NCBI GenBank assembly: GCA_025061115.1
Contig: JANZKC010000002.1
Span: 448,001-512,000, forward strand
Origin: Candidatus Culexmicrobium cathedralense
GTDB lineage: Archaea; Thermoproteota; Methanomethylicia; Culexarchaeales; Culexmicrobiaceae
Length of the DNA: 64,000 nucleotides
Reading direction: 5' to 3'
Within the stretch, counting starts at the first letter, position 1. Every line of letters starts with the position of its first letter. A model generated the notes under the pieces. It was not told the origin of the DNA and made no database searches. It saw nothing but the letters and a program-made list of their open reading frames with translations. Positions 50,121 through 60,220 of the stretch are shown here, one piece after another. The position numbers were made by a program, and so were the translations under genes.

Positions 50121-51557
50121 TTAAAGTTCTTTTGGAAGCCTAGCCACAACCTCTCCACTTGAATTTAGAACTTCAATGACGACTGGGACGTTCATGCAGT
50201 GAACGGAGCACGATAGACATGGGTCGTAGTCCCTAATTAAGGTTGAAACCTCTGCGAGAAGCCTCTCCTCAGAAGACCCCTTCAAAATCTTTGAAGCAAC
50301 AACCTTTACGTCCCTACCGATCACAGGAATGTTCTGCACCGTCGCCACGATCATGTTTGCCCTCGTTATAATCCCCTCATCATCAGCGAAGTAGTGGTGA
50401 ATGAGCGTCCCCCTGGGGGCCTCAACCACTCCAACGCCCTCATGAAACTCAACTCTAACTCTCCTAGCAGGCCCTTCAGCTCTCTCAAGCGAAGAATCGC
50501 TCAAAAGCGAATTTAACCTTTCAAAGCAGTAGGCAAGCTCAACCAGCCTAGCTAAATTGTAGTGGCGAGTCGAATTCACTGGCCTTGAAGAGCTCAAATT
50601 AAACTTCTCCCGCAAATCCTCAGCCCAGTCCGAATTCAACTTCCCAGCAATATTTAGCCTAGCAAGAGGGCCGACGCGGTAAATTCCATCAGGATATCCA
50701 AGCTTCTTCAGGAAGGGGGCCTTAGCATAACTCCATGAAACAACGCGCTCATTAATGTGCTCCAAATACTCCTCTGGCCGAAATTCATCGACAAGATCTC
50801 CACGTTCAGAAATGGCTCTAATTTTAGGTGCATCATACAGGGCAAAGTCCTCATCGGAGTAGAGAGATAGGAAATTCGAAGGCTCAGAAACACCTCCAAC
50901 AGCAGACTTGACTGCAGCTTCCTCGACTAGAGATAAGGTTTCAGAGAAAATTTTCATCGCCTCATTGCATGCTTCCAAAAGCTTCAATCGCTCATCACCC
51001 TCAATTGGCTTGGCGAAGCCTCCTGGAACCGCTGCCGTTGGATGAACAGACGACCCACCTAAAGCTTCAAGCACTCTTTGAGCAAAGCGCCTAATTGCAA
51101 GCGCATTCCTAATAAGCCTTGGATACCTCTTAGCAAGCTCAGGAAGCCCTCTCCTCCAAACAGGAAGGTCGGAGAGCAGCAGGTCAGGAGCATAAAGAAG
51201 GAAGAAGTGAAGTGCATGGCTATGAACAATGCCTGCCAAGTGAAGCGCTAATCTGAGCTTTTCAGCCCAAGGAGAAACCTCCAAGCCCAATATGGAGTCT
51301 ACAGCTTTAACCGAAGCTAAGTGATGAGAAGTGGAGCACAGCCCGCATATCCTCGTAACGATAATTGGAGCCTCCTCAACAGGCCTATTCCTCAGAAAAG
51401 CTTCAAAGCCCCTGAACTCCATGACGTGGAAGTAGGCTGACTCAACCTCCCCATCATCGCCTAGCACTATCGTAACTTTAGCATGACCCTCAATTCTAGT
51501 TATAGGGTAGAACGAAATGGACCTACCCACGCCTAGCACCCCTAACCTTACGGCCAA
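50121..51557 (-). CDS. mvhA: [NiFe] hydrogenase large subunit, MvhA-type
   Basis: TRIEGH, RICGLC, EAPRG and DPCLSCSVH plus a C-terminal extension. Confidence 0.9.
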   Translation of the reverse strand: MAVRLGVLGVGRSISFYPITRIEGHAKVTIVLGDDGEVESAYFHVMEFRGFEAFLRNRPVEEAPIIVTRICGLCSTSHHLASVKAVDSILGLEVSPWAEKLRLALHLAGIVHSHALHFFLLYAPDLLLSDLPVWRRGLPELAKRYPRLIRNALAIRRFAQRVLEALGGSSVHPTAAVPGGFAKPIEGDERLKLLEACNEAMKIFSETLSLVEEAAVKSAVGGVSEPSNFLSLYSDEDFALYDAPKIRAISERGDLVDEFRPEEYLEHINERVVSWSYAKAPFLKKLGYPDGIYRVGPLARLNIAGKLNSDWAEDLREKFNLSSSRPVNSTRHYNLARLVELAYCFERLNSLLSDSSLERAEGPARRVRVEFHEGVGVVEAPRGTLIHHYFADDEGIITRANMIVATVQNIPVIGRDVKVVASKILKGSSEERLLAEVSTLIRDYDPCLSCSVHCMNVPVVIEVLNSSGEVVARLPKEL

Positions 51558-52437
51558 ATATGGATGCTGGAAGCGTAAATCGATAAAGCACTCCAGCTAG
51601 GTCGGACAGCCTCATCAAGTCCTCCAACGCCACCTCTTCAAGTGAAGTGGCTGATGCTATTGCGCTAATCATCTTGGCAGCTTGATCCTCAACTCCCTCC
51701 AAAACCCCCATACAGCCCCTACATGGATAACCAGCTTTAATGCACCTAGCTCCGCAGCCACCTCGAGTTGCAGGTCCAAGACATATGAAGCCCTGCTCCA
51801 ATAGGCACTTGCTTAGATCAACCTCGTCGTAAACCCACCTCCTAATGCCCTTAATTACCTTCTCGCCCCCACTATTCAGCGGACACTCATCGCAAACGCT
51901 CTTAGCTGGCAATTCAAATTCTTCGCCTGAAATTAAAGCTTCAAAAAACTTCGATATGAGCTTCATTGGCGGAGGGCAGCCTGGAAGCGCATAGTCAACC
52001 TTAACAACTCTGCTCAAAGGCTTGATGAAGTCAGTTAAAGCGGGAACTTCAACGCGTGGAGGCTCGCCCTCAGGGTTGATTGTGCCCAACTGCTCTAAGT
52101 AGGAGGTCTTGAGGAGCTCCATGGAATTGAGGAGATTTGCAAGCCCAGGAATTCCGCCGAAGCATGCGCATGAGCCAAAAGCCACCAAAATCGAGCATTT
52201 CCCCCTCCACCTCTTAACCTTCTCCAAGTCCTCCTCAGTCCTAATAGCTCCAGTTAGAATTGCCACGTCAACCCTCTCAGGTGGAGGAGCGTCCATTAAG
52301 ATGGGGGCGTAAACCAGCTCGACATCGCGGAGCACTGAGAGTAGAGAGTCTCCAAGATCTAAAATTGCGTTTTCACATCCAGCGCATGCAGTTAAGTGCT
52401 CTATGGCTAATGTCAAATTACTCCTCAACCAAAACAC
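51523..52437 (-). CDS. mvhG: [NiFe] hydrogenase small subunit, MvhG-type
   Basis: CAGC, GSCA, PGCPP and CLGPATRGGCGARC motifs. Confidence 0.9.
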   Translation of the reverse strand: MFWLRSNLTLAIEHLTACAGCENAILDLGDSLLSVLRDVELVYAPILMDAPPPERVDVAILTGAIRTEEDLEKVKRWRGKCSILVAFGSCACFGGIPGLANLLNSMELLKTSYLEQLGTINPEGEPPRVEVPALTDFIKPLSRVVKVDYALPGCPPPMKLISKFFEALISGEEFELPAKSVCDECPLNSGGEKVIKGIRRWVYDEVDLSKCLLEQGFICLGPATRGGCGARCIKAGYPCRGCMGVLEGVEDQAAKMISAIASATSLEEVALEDLMRLSDLAGVLYRFTLPASIFGRKVRGARRG

Positions 52438-52894
52438 CCCTTAGAGGGCTTGGACCCAACTCTGCAATTCTCCTAACAAATTCCTCCACTATTCTAGCGA
52501 ACCTCTCACCTTCACCAGCTGAAGCCCAGTCAATTCTAATTCTATCAGGCTCCAGCCCCAAATCCTTGAGGAGGAGTTTAAGCATTGCCACTTTACGCTC
52601 AGCCCTATAATTGCCAGTTAAGTAGTGGCAGTCCCCCGGATGGCAGCCGACAATCAAAACTCCATCAGCGCCGCCCTTAAAAGCCTTCAAAACGTGAGCT
52701 GGATCGATCCTTCCAGTGCACATTACCCGCACAATCCTAATGTTAGCAGGATACCTCAACCTCATGGTTCCAGCTAAGTCAGCAGCCGCATATCCGCACC
52801 AATTACATAGAAAGCCAATGATCCTCGGCTTAAAGCGCTTCCTTAAATCAAGCCTTCCCAACGAGCTTGCTTCCAAAAGCCCAGCCCTCCTCAA
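52418..52894 (-). CDS. mvhD: MvhD [2Fe-2S] subunit
   Basis: FLCNWCGY, VMCTGR and GCHPGDCHY motifs. Confidence 0.93.
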   Translation of the reverse strand: MRRAGLLEASSLGRLDLRKRFKPRIIGFLCNWCGYAAADLAGTMRLRYPANIRIVRVMCTGRIDPAHVLKAFKGGADGVLIVGCHPGDCHYLTGNYRAERKVAMLKLLLKDLGLEPDRIRIDWASAGEGERFARIVEEFVRRIAELGPSPLRGVLVEE

Positions 52895-53408
52895 CTGCCT
52901 TCAAATTAAGCTCCTCAGTGCCCCTAGGAACGCTATCCAAAATGGACTTCTTTAGGGCATCCAAACTCACAATTCCAGTTATAGCTGAAAAAGCTCCGAG
53001 CATAACTATGTTGGCCACAATTCTCCTTCCAAGCTGCTCCGCAATTCTAGTTGCAGGAACCCTATACAACTTAACCTCCCCAGGCACGTCAATCGGCTCA
53101 ACGAGATCCTCATCAACAATTATAACTCCACCACTCTTCACTCCGCCCTTATAGTAGTTGTAGGCATCCTGAGACAAAGCTATTAGAACATCCGGCGAGC
53201 TAGCGCATGGATAATCTATTTCCTCAGTAGATATGATGACGTCAGACCTGCACCTGCTTCCCCTAGCCTCAGGGCCATACGATTCAACTTGAACTGCGCA
53301 CTTCCCATCGAAAAGGCAAGCGGCCTTGCCGAGAACGTAGCCAGCTAATATTATTCCCTGACCACCAAGACCCGAAATCCTAACCTCCCACCTCAACACC
53401 ATCACCAA
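52848..53408 (-). CDS. korC: 2-oxoacid:ferredoxin oxidoreductase gamma subunit
   Basis: GLGGQG, YGPEARG and NIVMLG motifs. Confidence 0.88.
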   Translation of the reverse strand: MVMVLRWEVRISGLGGQGIILAGYVLGKAACLFDGKCAVQVESYGPEARGSRCRSDVIISTEEIDYPCASSPDVLIALSQDAYNYYKGGVKSGGVIIVDEDLVEPIDVPGEVKLYRVPATRIAEQLGRRIVANIVMLGAFSAITGIVSLDALKKSILDSVPRGTEELNLKAVEEGWAFGSKLVGKA

Positions 53409-53415
53409 TTCACGC

Positions 53416-54270
53416 TTAAACCAAGCACCTAATATCCCGCCCAGACCTCTCCCTAATTAAGCGGTAAAGCTCGCTTATGAATTCAGGGCGCTCAACGTCC
53501 ACGAACTCCCCAACAACTATTTTCCCTCCAACCTCAATTTCAACCTTAGCTGGATCAATGAAGTTCCTGATTACGGAGTTCTTCTTGAGATAATTGATGA
53601 CCTTCAGCGGGCCCCCAAGCTTATTATACCGAGCGTAGAGCGTAATGCAGGGGGCAATAACCTCAATGAAAGCGAAGCCTCGCTTAAGCAGCCCCTTCTC
53701 AATAGACTTGGAAAGCTGAACTGGATGAGCAACAGTCCACCTAGCAACATAAGTTGCTCCAGCTGCAGCAGCCAAGTAAACGAGATTAAATGGATGCTCA
53801 ATATTTCCATAGGGAGTCGTCGTAGTTATGGATTTAAATGGAGTTGTAGGGCCAAGCTGGCCTCCGGTCATGCCATAATTGAAGTTGTTAATGCAAATCA
53901 CGAGCAAATCAACATTTCTCCTAGCAGCATGAATGAAGTGATTGCCTCCAATCGCAAATAAATCCCCATCACCACTAAAAACAACGACATGCATATTCGG
54001 CCTCGCAACCTTAACGCCCATAGCCAGCGGAATCGCTCTACCATGAGTCGTGTGGAACGAGTCGAAGTGAACGTAGCCAGCAGCTCTACCACTACATCCA
54101 ATGCCAGAAATAAATGCAATTTCATTGGGATTTACGTTAAGCTCCTTAACAGCCCTCAGAAAGCAGCCGAGAGCAATGCCAATGCCGCAGCCGGGGCACC
54201 ATATGTGGGGAAGCCTATCAGACCTCAACAGATCGCCAAGAGGATGAACATTCCCAGCCTCACTCAACAT
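53416..54270 (-). CDS. korB: 2-oxoacid:ferredoxin oxidoreductase beta subunit
   Basis: WCPGCG, GDGD and YGMTGGQ motifs. Confidence 0.9.
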   Translation of the reverse strand: MLSEAGNVHPLGDLLRSDRLPHIWCPGCGIGIALGCFLRAVKELNVNPNEIAFISGIGCSGRAAGYVHFDSFHTTHGRAIPLAMGVKVARPNMHVVVFSGDGDLFAIGGNHFIHAARRNVDLLVICINNFNYGMTGGQLGPTTPFKSITTTTPYGNIEHPFNLVYLAAAAGATYVARWTVAHPVQLSKSIEKGLLKRGFAFIEVIAPCITLYARYNKLGGPLKVINYLKKNSVIRNFIDPAKVEIEVGGKIVVGEFVDVERPEFISELYRLIRERSGRDIRCLV

Positions 54271-55439
54271 TTAACATACGCCTCCTCTATTACAGCTAAA
54301 AGCTCCTCCGGAGTGTGAGGGTTACCGCCAATCTTATGGACGAAGTTCACAGGCTTACCGCCGGAACACCTCTCAACTTCGCCGACAAGCTGGCCATAAT
54401 TCATCTCAGCAACCACGAAAGAGCTAATTCGCCTCGAAAGCTCTCTAAAGTAATTATATGGGAAAGGCCACACGGTAATTAGCCTCACTAGGCCGACCTT
54501 CAACCCCTTAGACCTAGCAATTCTAACAGCTCTAATTGCAGACCTAGCAGGAGTCCCATAGGCAACAACAACAACCTTAGCATCCGAAATGAAGTGCTCA
54601 TCCATCCTCACTATCCTATCAGCATTAACCCTAATCTTATCGCACAGCCTCCTAACAAGCTGCTCCTGAACCTTAGGATCGGTAGATCTTGGATAGCCTT
54701 TAAAGTTGTGAGTCAAGCCAGTTACATGAATCCTGTAGCCTTCACCAAAACAAGCCATTGGAGGGACAAGGTCATCATCAGGCTTAAATGGCTCGAACTC
54801 CTCCGGAGGAACTTCAGGCTTCTTCCTATTAACAATCTTAACTTCACTTGGAAGCTTAATCACCACTTTCTCCCGCATGTGACCGAGAATTTCATCCGAA
54901 AGAAGAATTACGGGAACCCTAAACTGCTCAGCCAAGTTGAAAGCTTCAATAGTCAAGTCGAACATTTCCTGCACAGAATAAGGAGCCAAAGCAATAACCT
55001 CATAATCCCCATGGCTCCCCCACCTAGCCTGCATCACATCACCTTGACCAGCCCTCGTTGGCTGACCCGTACTAGGCCCTCCCCTCATAACGTTAACAAT
55101 GACTATTGGAGCTTCAGTCATGGCAGCCAAACCAATATTCTCCTGCATCAAGCTAAAGCCAGGCCCACTAGTAGCAGTCATCGCCTTCACACCAGCATAC
55201 GAGGCGCCAATTATCAGCGCTATGGAGGCAAGCTCATCCTCCATTTGAATGAAAACGCCTCCAACTTCAGGAAGCCTCCTAGCCATGCGCTCCGCAATTT
55301 CAGTTGAAGGCGTTATTGGATATCCAGCAAAAAGCTTACAGCCAGCTACAATTGCCCCCTCAGCGCACGCCTCATCTCCCTGCATGAAGAAAGCGCCCTT
55401 CAGATACCTTGAAAACACCCCGCTCACACTACCACCCAA
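54264..55439 (-). CDS. korA: 2-oxoacid:ferredoxin oxidoreductase alpha subunit
   Basis: YPITP, EDE, TSGPG and RGGPSTG motifs. Confidence 0.9.
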   Translation of the reverse strand: MGGSVSGVFSRYLKGAFFMQGDEACAEGAIVAGCKLFAGYPITPSTEIAERMARRLPEVGGVFIQMEDELASIALIIGASYAGVKAMTATSGPGFSLMQENIGLAAMTEAPIVIVNVMRGGPSTGQPTRAGQGDVMQARWGSHGDYEVIALAPYSVQEMFDLTIEAFNLAEQFRVPVILLSDEILGHMREKVVIKLPSEVKIVNRKKPEVPPEEFEPFKPDDDLVPPMACFGEGYRIHVTGLTHNFKGYPRSTDPKVQEQLVRRLCDKIRVNADRIVRMDEHFISDAKVVVVAYGTPARSAIRAVRIARSKGLKVGLVRLITVWPFPYNYFRELSRRISSFVVAEMNYGQLVGEVERCSGGKPVNFVHKIGGNPHTPEELLAVIEEAYVKC

Positions 55440-55744
55440 ATAACTTGGAAAATCCCACCACCAATGTAATTAAACTATAGAAATGTATAAAGTTTGTCTC
55501 TTTACGAAAACAATTCATAAAACTAAAACTACTTAAAAAGCAACGCGCATAATAAGCTAAAAACTGTAAGCCAGCGTTTACAAAGTTAAAAAAGTAAAGC
55601 ATAAAACGGAAGATAGCCAACTCACAAAAATACCAAGCAAATGGAGGCACTACACCCCACGCAAACAGGCGATTAATTGCGCCTTACGAGGCTTCATAGC
55701 GAACATTCATAATAACTTCCAGGCGCAGACTCTTCTCATTTGTA

Positions 55745-55844
55745 TGGTGCGGGGGGTGGGATTCGAACCCACGCAGGCCTACGCCACAGCCGCTCTGAAA
55801 ACTTCCTCAGGGCTGCGCCTTTGACCTGACTCGGCCACCCCCGC
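55745..55844 (-). tRNA. tRNA-Leu(GAG) with a 12-nt intron at 37/38
   Basis: CAGCC-CT-GAG-G[AAGTTTTCAGAG]C-GGCTG, variable arm, encoded CCA. Confidence 0.92.
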
Positions 55845-55883
55845 CGTACAAAAGGTTGCAGAATTACAACATTAGCTTTTCGG

Positions 55884-56156
55884 CTAGTAGTCGTATAAAC
55901 TTCCCTTGCGCTCCAGAAGCACTCCTTGAGCCTTCCTATACTTAACCGTCTTAATTCGAATTTTAACTACTTCGCCAATTTTAGCTCCAGGAATGAAAAC
56001 CGCCGTGTCTTTCACTCTGGCTATTCCATCTCCATTTGCAGCGCAATCCTCGACCACAACTATGTAGGTGTCTCCAACTCTCAGCCGCTTAAAGCCATAT
56101 TGCCGAGAAGTTCTATCGCGCTTCTTAGAGCGCCTTTTCGGTGCACGTCTAGGCAT
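55884..56156 (-). CDS. TRAM-domain RNA-binding protein
   Basis: GDGIARV...FIPGAKIGE. Confidence 0.85.
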   Translation of the reverse strand: MPRRAPKRRSKKRDRTSRQYGFKRLRVGDTYIVVVEDCAANGDGIARVKDTAVFIPGAKIGEVVKIRIKTVKYRKAQGVLLERKGSLYDY

Positions 56157-56223
56157 TCACGTCCTCCTAACTTGCGATAATTGGTCCCTATAAGTTTGTA
56201 GGTAATTATAAGTGTTGCGCAAT

Positions 56224-56970
56224 CTACTTTCTCCTTCTCCGAGCTCCCTTCTTCCTGCCTGTTTTCCTTGGCGCTATGTGGCCAACCTTCTGCCCTGGAG
56301 GAGCTGTGCGTGGAACAGGCGTGCTTCCCGTCGGGTGTTGACCTCCTCCATGCGGATGGCTTGCAGCAACCATTGCTTTGCCCCTCACAACTGGCCACTT
56401 CCAAGCTTTCACCTTAACTCTATAGTACTTAGTTCCAGCTTTAACGAATGGCTTTTCAGTTCTACCTCCGCCGGCGACAACCCCTATGGTTGCTCTGCAC
56501 TTGGGGTTCAGCGACTTAAGCTTGCCTGAGGGGAGGCGGATGATCGTTCTATCTGGAGCTTGAGCAATTACAGTGGCGTACGAGCCTGAGGACCTCGCAA
56601 ACTTGCCTCCATCTCCAGGCCTAGCCTCTACATTGCATATTTGAGTGCCCTCAGGAATCTTTCCAATTGGAATTATGTTGCCAACCTCAAGAGGAGCATT
56701 AACCCCCTTAGCAATTATCTGCCCCACTGCGAGCCCCTCGGGAGCCAGTATCAGCTGCTTCGTTCCATCCTCAAACTTCACTAGGGCAACCGGAGCACCC
56801 CTACCGGGGTCGTGAAGTAGAGCTTCAACCCTACCCGTGACTACAGATTCCATCTCCTCACTGCTTGGAGGCAAGTACTTGACATCTCCAACTCTCTTCC
56901 ACGAAGGAGAGCGGAAAACTGAGCCTCCACGCCCCTTTCTCTGAACAAGCAATCTCTTCCCCATAAACAA
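56224..56970 (-). CDS. rpl2: 50S ribosomal protein L2
   Basis: HDPGRGAP, GKFARS and HPHGGG motifs. Confidence 0.97.
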   Translation of the reverse strand: MFMGKRLLVQRKGRGGSVFRSPSWKRVGDVKYLPPSSEEMESVVTGRVEALLHDPGRGAPVALVKFEDGTKQLILAPEGLAVGQIIAKGVNAPLEVGNIIPIGKIPEGTQICNVEARPGDGGKFARSSGSYATVIAQAPDRTIIRLPSGKLKSLNPKCRATIGVVAGGGRTEKPFVKAGTKYYRVKVKAWKWPVVRGKAMVAASHPHGGGQHPTGSTPVPRTAPPGQKVGHIAPRKTGRKKGARRRRK

Positions 56971-56974
56971 CCAC

Positions 56975-57256
56975 CTACAATATACCTAGCTTAGTAGCTA
57001 CATCCGAAGCCCTATGTTCAGGAGCCAGCTTCACGTAAGCCTTCTTCTCTCCCCTAGGAGTAATCAGCGTATTAACCTTCACGACTTTAACGTTGAAGAG
57101 CTGCTCCACCGCCCACTTAATCATCTGCTTATTAGCTCTAATGTCAACTATGAAGGTCAACTTGTTTTCCCGCTCAATCCTCTCTATTGCGGCCTCCGAA
57201 ATCACGGGCCTAACTATTATGCTCCAAGGATCTATTTTCAAAGACGACACCTTCAA
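56975..57256 (-). CDS. rpl23: 50S ribosomal protein L23
   Basis: KVNTLI...KKAYVKL. Confidence 0.96.
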   Translation of the reverse strand: MKVSSLKIDPWSIIVRPVISEAAIERIERENKLTFIVDIRANKQMIKWAVEQLFNVKVVKVNTLITPRGEKKAYVKLAPEHRASDVATKLGIL

Positions 57257-57311
57257 TCACTAACCTCAGTAAAGCTGCCATATAGGATGGAGTAGGCGCT
57301 CATAAACTTTT

Positions 57312-58145
57312 CTAGGAACTTCCAAACCGCTCCTTAAGCCGCTCAACCGCAGACTCCGTCCAAATAGTCAATCTGCCCGGGTGGCCTCCTGGAGCCAAGT
57401 GCATTACACTTAAATTGTCAACGTTCACAACGTCAACTCCCGGAAAGTTCCTTGCAGCCCTGAATATGCCATTATCCTCAGCAATGACGATTAGGGGCCC
57501 CTTCCTCCTCTTATACTTCCTACCCCTAAACTTCCCCTTCCCAGCCCTAATCTTCTTACCTCGCTTCGCCCTCTCAATGTCATCCCAAACCCCTAGACGC
57601 TTAAACACCTCCCTAACTTCAGCAGCCCTGCTCAGCTGCTCCAATTCGCTCGTCACAATGAGAGGTATTTGCGGAACCTTCACTATCACGTGCCCTCGAG
57701 ACGAAACTAACTTCGGATCAGCAGTAGCTGCAATAGCCGACATTATGGCAAGCCGCCTCTCCTTCTTATTAATCCTCTCCCAAACAACTTCCTCAGCTCT
57801 CGGAGGATGAGTTCTTCTGCCTCCCACGGTCATTGGAGCTAAAGCTGCTTGATTAGCCTTAGGATACCTGCTACCCTTAACTCTAGGAACCCTCGCCACG
57901 CCGAAGCCCACACCCCAGCTCTCAGCAGTAGTTCGCTTTCCAGCCAAGGGATCTCTGCCTTGAGGCTGAACTCTAGCTGTTAATGCAGATATGAAAGCCC
58001 TCCTGATCAAGTCTATCCTTAAAGGCACGCTGAAGACGCTTGGAAGCTCCACCTCCTTCACCGGCTCGCCCTTCAAGCTGAAGACCTTCACTTGAAGAGG
58101 CTTAACCGACAGCTTAGAAAGGTACTTCTCCATCACGTCATTCAC
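57312..58145 (-). CDS. rpl4: 50S ribosomal protein L4
   Basis: [15 protein letters not shown] and [10 protein letters not shown] motifs. Confidence 0.96.
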   Translation of the reverse strand: MNDVMEKYLSKLSVKPLQVKVFSLKGEPVKEVELPSVFSVPLRIDLIRRAFISALTARVQPQGRDPLAGKRTTAESWGVGFGVARVPRVKGSRYPKANQAALAPMTVGGRRTHPPRAEEVVWERINKKERRLAIMSAIAATADPKLVSSRGHVIVKVPQIPLIVTSELEQLSRAAEVREVFKRLGVWDDIERAKRGKKIRAGKGKFRGRKYKRRKGPLIVIAEDNGIFRAARNFPGVDVVNVDNLSVMHLAPGGHPGRLTIWTESAVERLKERFGSS

Positions 58146-58150
58146 CCCAG

Positions 58151-59146
58151 CTAAACGTGAATATAAACTACCCTCGGCCTCGTCTTTGGCGCATTTTCCG
58201 GAGGTCTAATGGGGTATCGAAGCTTAATCAGCCTCTTAGTAGGCCCTGGAACTGAGCCTTCCAACACAACGTACTGCCCCCTAATCAATCCGTAGTGCAT
58301 GAAGCCGCCCTTAGGAGTTATCTCATCACCGCTCTCACCAATCTTCAAAATCCTCTTATTGTACTCTGTCCTCTGATGGAATCCCAGCTGCCCAGCTCTA
58401 GGAATGGTCCACATTACACCTGGATGAGCCGGCCCTATGGAGCCTATCCTCCTATGCCCCTTCCTATGCTTATGCCACCTAGGAAGAATTTTAACTCCAA
58501 AACGCTTAATCACGCCCTGAAATCCCTTCCCCTTAGTCACGGAAATAACATCTACGTACTGACCCTCGGAGAAAACATCCTTTATCGACACTTCACTGCC
58601 CAGAAGCTTCTTAGCATACTCAAACTGCTCTTCAGTGGAGCCGCCGCCAATTTTAACCTCAAATACTTCAGGCTTCTTCTTCCTAATCCCAGCCTTCTGA
58701 GGCTGGCAGGCCACAATTAATCGAAACTCTGAAACCTCATTAAGCTTGGACTCAATCCTCCTCAGCGCTGAATCCACATTAAACTTCTCGGGAACGGTGA
58801 ACACGCGCTCCAAAGGCTTAGGCGGAACTTCAACCCAAGCTTCAGAGAGAGCTTTAAGGCCATCATAAGTGCGCTTATACGCCCTTACAGCGCAAACATA
58901 GAGAGGTGGAGTTTCAACTATGCTGACAGGCTTAATGACCTCCCTACCATATAGGGGAGCTTTAGGCCAGTCCTCAACCACCACAGCGTGGGTCATGCCG
59001 ACCTTGTAGCCTGCGAAGGCCAGTAGGCGAGGCCCCTCCTCAACTTCAGGCCAAGACCTAATCCTAGCTACTATGCTTGCAGCTCTAACCCTCGGCCTAA
59101 AGCCGAGCGAGCCTCTTCTAGGAGCATTAGTCCGCCTATGACCCAT
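58151..59146 (-). CDS. rpl3: 50S ribosomal protein L3
   Basis: [14 protein letters not shown] and KGKGFQG motifs. Confidence 0.97.
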   Translation of the reverse strand: MGHRRTNAPRRGSLGFRPRVRAASIVARIRSWPEVEEGPRLLAFAGYKVGMTHAVVVEDWPKAPLYGREVIKPVSIVETPPLYVCAVRAYKRTYDGLKALSEAWVEVPPKPLERVFTVPEKFNVDSALRRIESKLNEVSEFRLIVACQPQKAGIRKKKPEVFEVKIGGGSTEEQFEYAKKLLGSEVSIKDVFSEGQYVDVISVTKGKGFQGVIKRFGVKILPRWHKHRKGHRRIGSIGPAHPGVMWTIPRAGQLGFHQRTEYNKRILKIGESGDEITPKGGFMHYGLIRGQYVVLEGSVPGPTKRLIKLRYPIRPPENAPKTRPRVVYIHV

Positions 59147-59216
59147 ATTCTACTCCTCTCCACTCATATGCAGTAGCTGGAAAAGTAACGCAGAATCATG
59201 CATATATACTTTACAC

Positions 59217-60092
59217 TTAACCCGAGCGGCAAAGGCTTGGAAGCACATTAAGAATCGACAGCGTCGCGATCACAGCCTCCTCAGTCCTCACAGTCTCGGT
59301 CCCCTGCAGTGGAATGGTGTTCAAAATGAAGTCCGAAACCTCCTCCAACCTAAATCCCTCCCGCCTAGCAATGCTGAAAAGCCCCTCATGAGGAGAGCCG
59401 AAAAGCACTAAAACGCTACTTGAAATTGAAAGCCTCTCAGCCAGCTTCTCAGCCACCCTGTGAATATGCGACCCATACTTCGAAGTTGCAATGATCAAGT
59501 CAGCATCCAAATCCGAAATAGTTCTCCTAAGCCCCTTACCAGTGAATTCAACCTCAAAACCCCAGTAAACTCCAACCTCCTCCCTAGAAGCAAGCTTAAC
59601 ACTAACGCCGCCCCTACGCTTAACAACCCTCACCGTAATTCTCGACCCAACAGGCAATGTCCTCGACAGCGGAAAAAGCTTGTCCAGCCCAATATCAACG
59701 AGGGAGCCCCGCCTCCCAGACTTAACCACAATTCCCTCCCTAAAGGAGCTCCTCCCCATCTTCTCCACATCGCGCTCAACGGCATGATGAGGAGCTCTAA
59801 GCGGAGGTAGAAGTCCAGCATATTTCAAAAGAGGAGACAGCTTGAACAGCCTTTTCCGAAGATACTGAGGAGCATCTAGAAAGCGGAGGACTTGACACAA
59901 AAACTCTCCCTCACTCTCAACGCCATGCCTATCCAAGTAAATAACTATCCTGTCAACCCTGAATACGGCGGCAGCCCTACCAATAACTCCAGCCCTAACG
60001 GTCTTATCCCTCAAGTGCGGGAGATCCGAAGTGTAGCTAGCTGGAATTGCTATTGAGAAATGCGGTTTCCTTTTAGGGGGAGGCCACGTCAA
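59217..60092 (-). CDS. SPOUT RNA methyltransferase (DUF171 family)
   Basis: PQYLRK, GLLPPL and QGTETVRTEEA motifs. Confidence 0.88.
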   Translation of the reverse strand: MTWPPPKRKPHFSIAIPASYTSDLPHLRDKTVRAGVIGRAAAVFRVDRIVIYLDRHGVESEGEFLCQVLRFLDAPQYLRKRLFKLSPLLKYAGLLPPLRAPHHAVERDVEKMGRSSFREGIVVKSGRRGSLVDIGLDKLFPLSRTLPVGSRITVRVVKRRGGVSVKLASREEVGVYWGFEVEFTGKGLRRTISDLDADLIIATSKYGSHIHRVAEKLAERLSISSSVLVLFGSPHEGLFSIARREGFRLEEVSDFILNTIPLQGTETVRTEEAVIATLSILNVLPSLCRSG

Positions 60093-60160
60093 AACGCAAC
60101 ACCGACTAAATTGGGTAGCACTACGAAATATAAATTAAGGCGGAGATTCAAGGTTTCACC

Positions 60161-60216
60161 GCCGATGATTGATTTGCCGAGTGCTGAAGCGTGATGACCC
60201 AATCATGCACTGAGGC
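60161..60216 (+). ncRNA. Box C/D guide sRNA
   Basis: C-like cGATGA, D' CTGA (60184), C' GTGATGA (60191), D CTGA (60210) and terminal stem GCC/GGC. Confidence 0.82.
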
Positions 60217-60220
60217 GAAA

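Noticed and set aside
55680-55742. Possible C/D sRNA downstream of tRNA-Leu
   Set aside because: All four boxes would be degenerate and no convincing guide is evident.
55884-59146. Ribosomal protein cluster ending at L2 without S19
   Set aside because: Fragmented S10-like clusters are common in Thermoproteota, so this is not notable.
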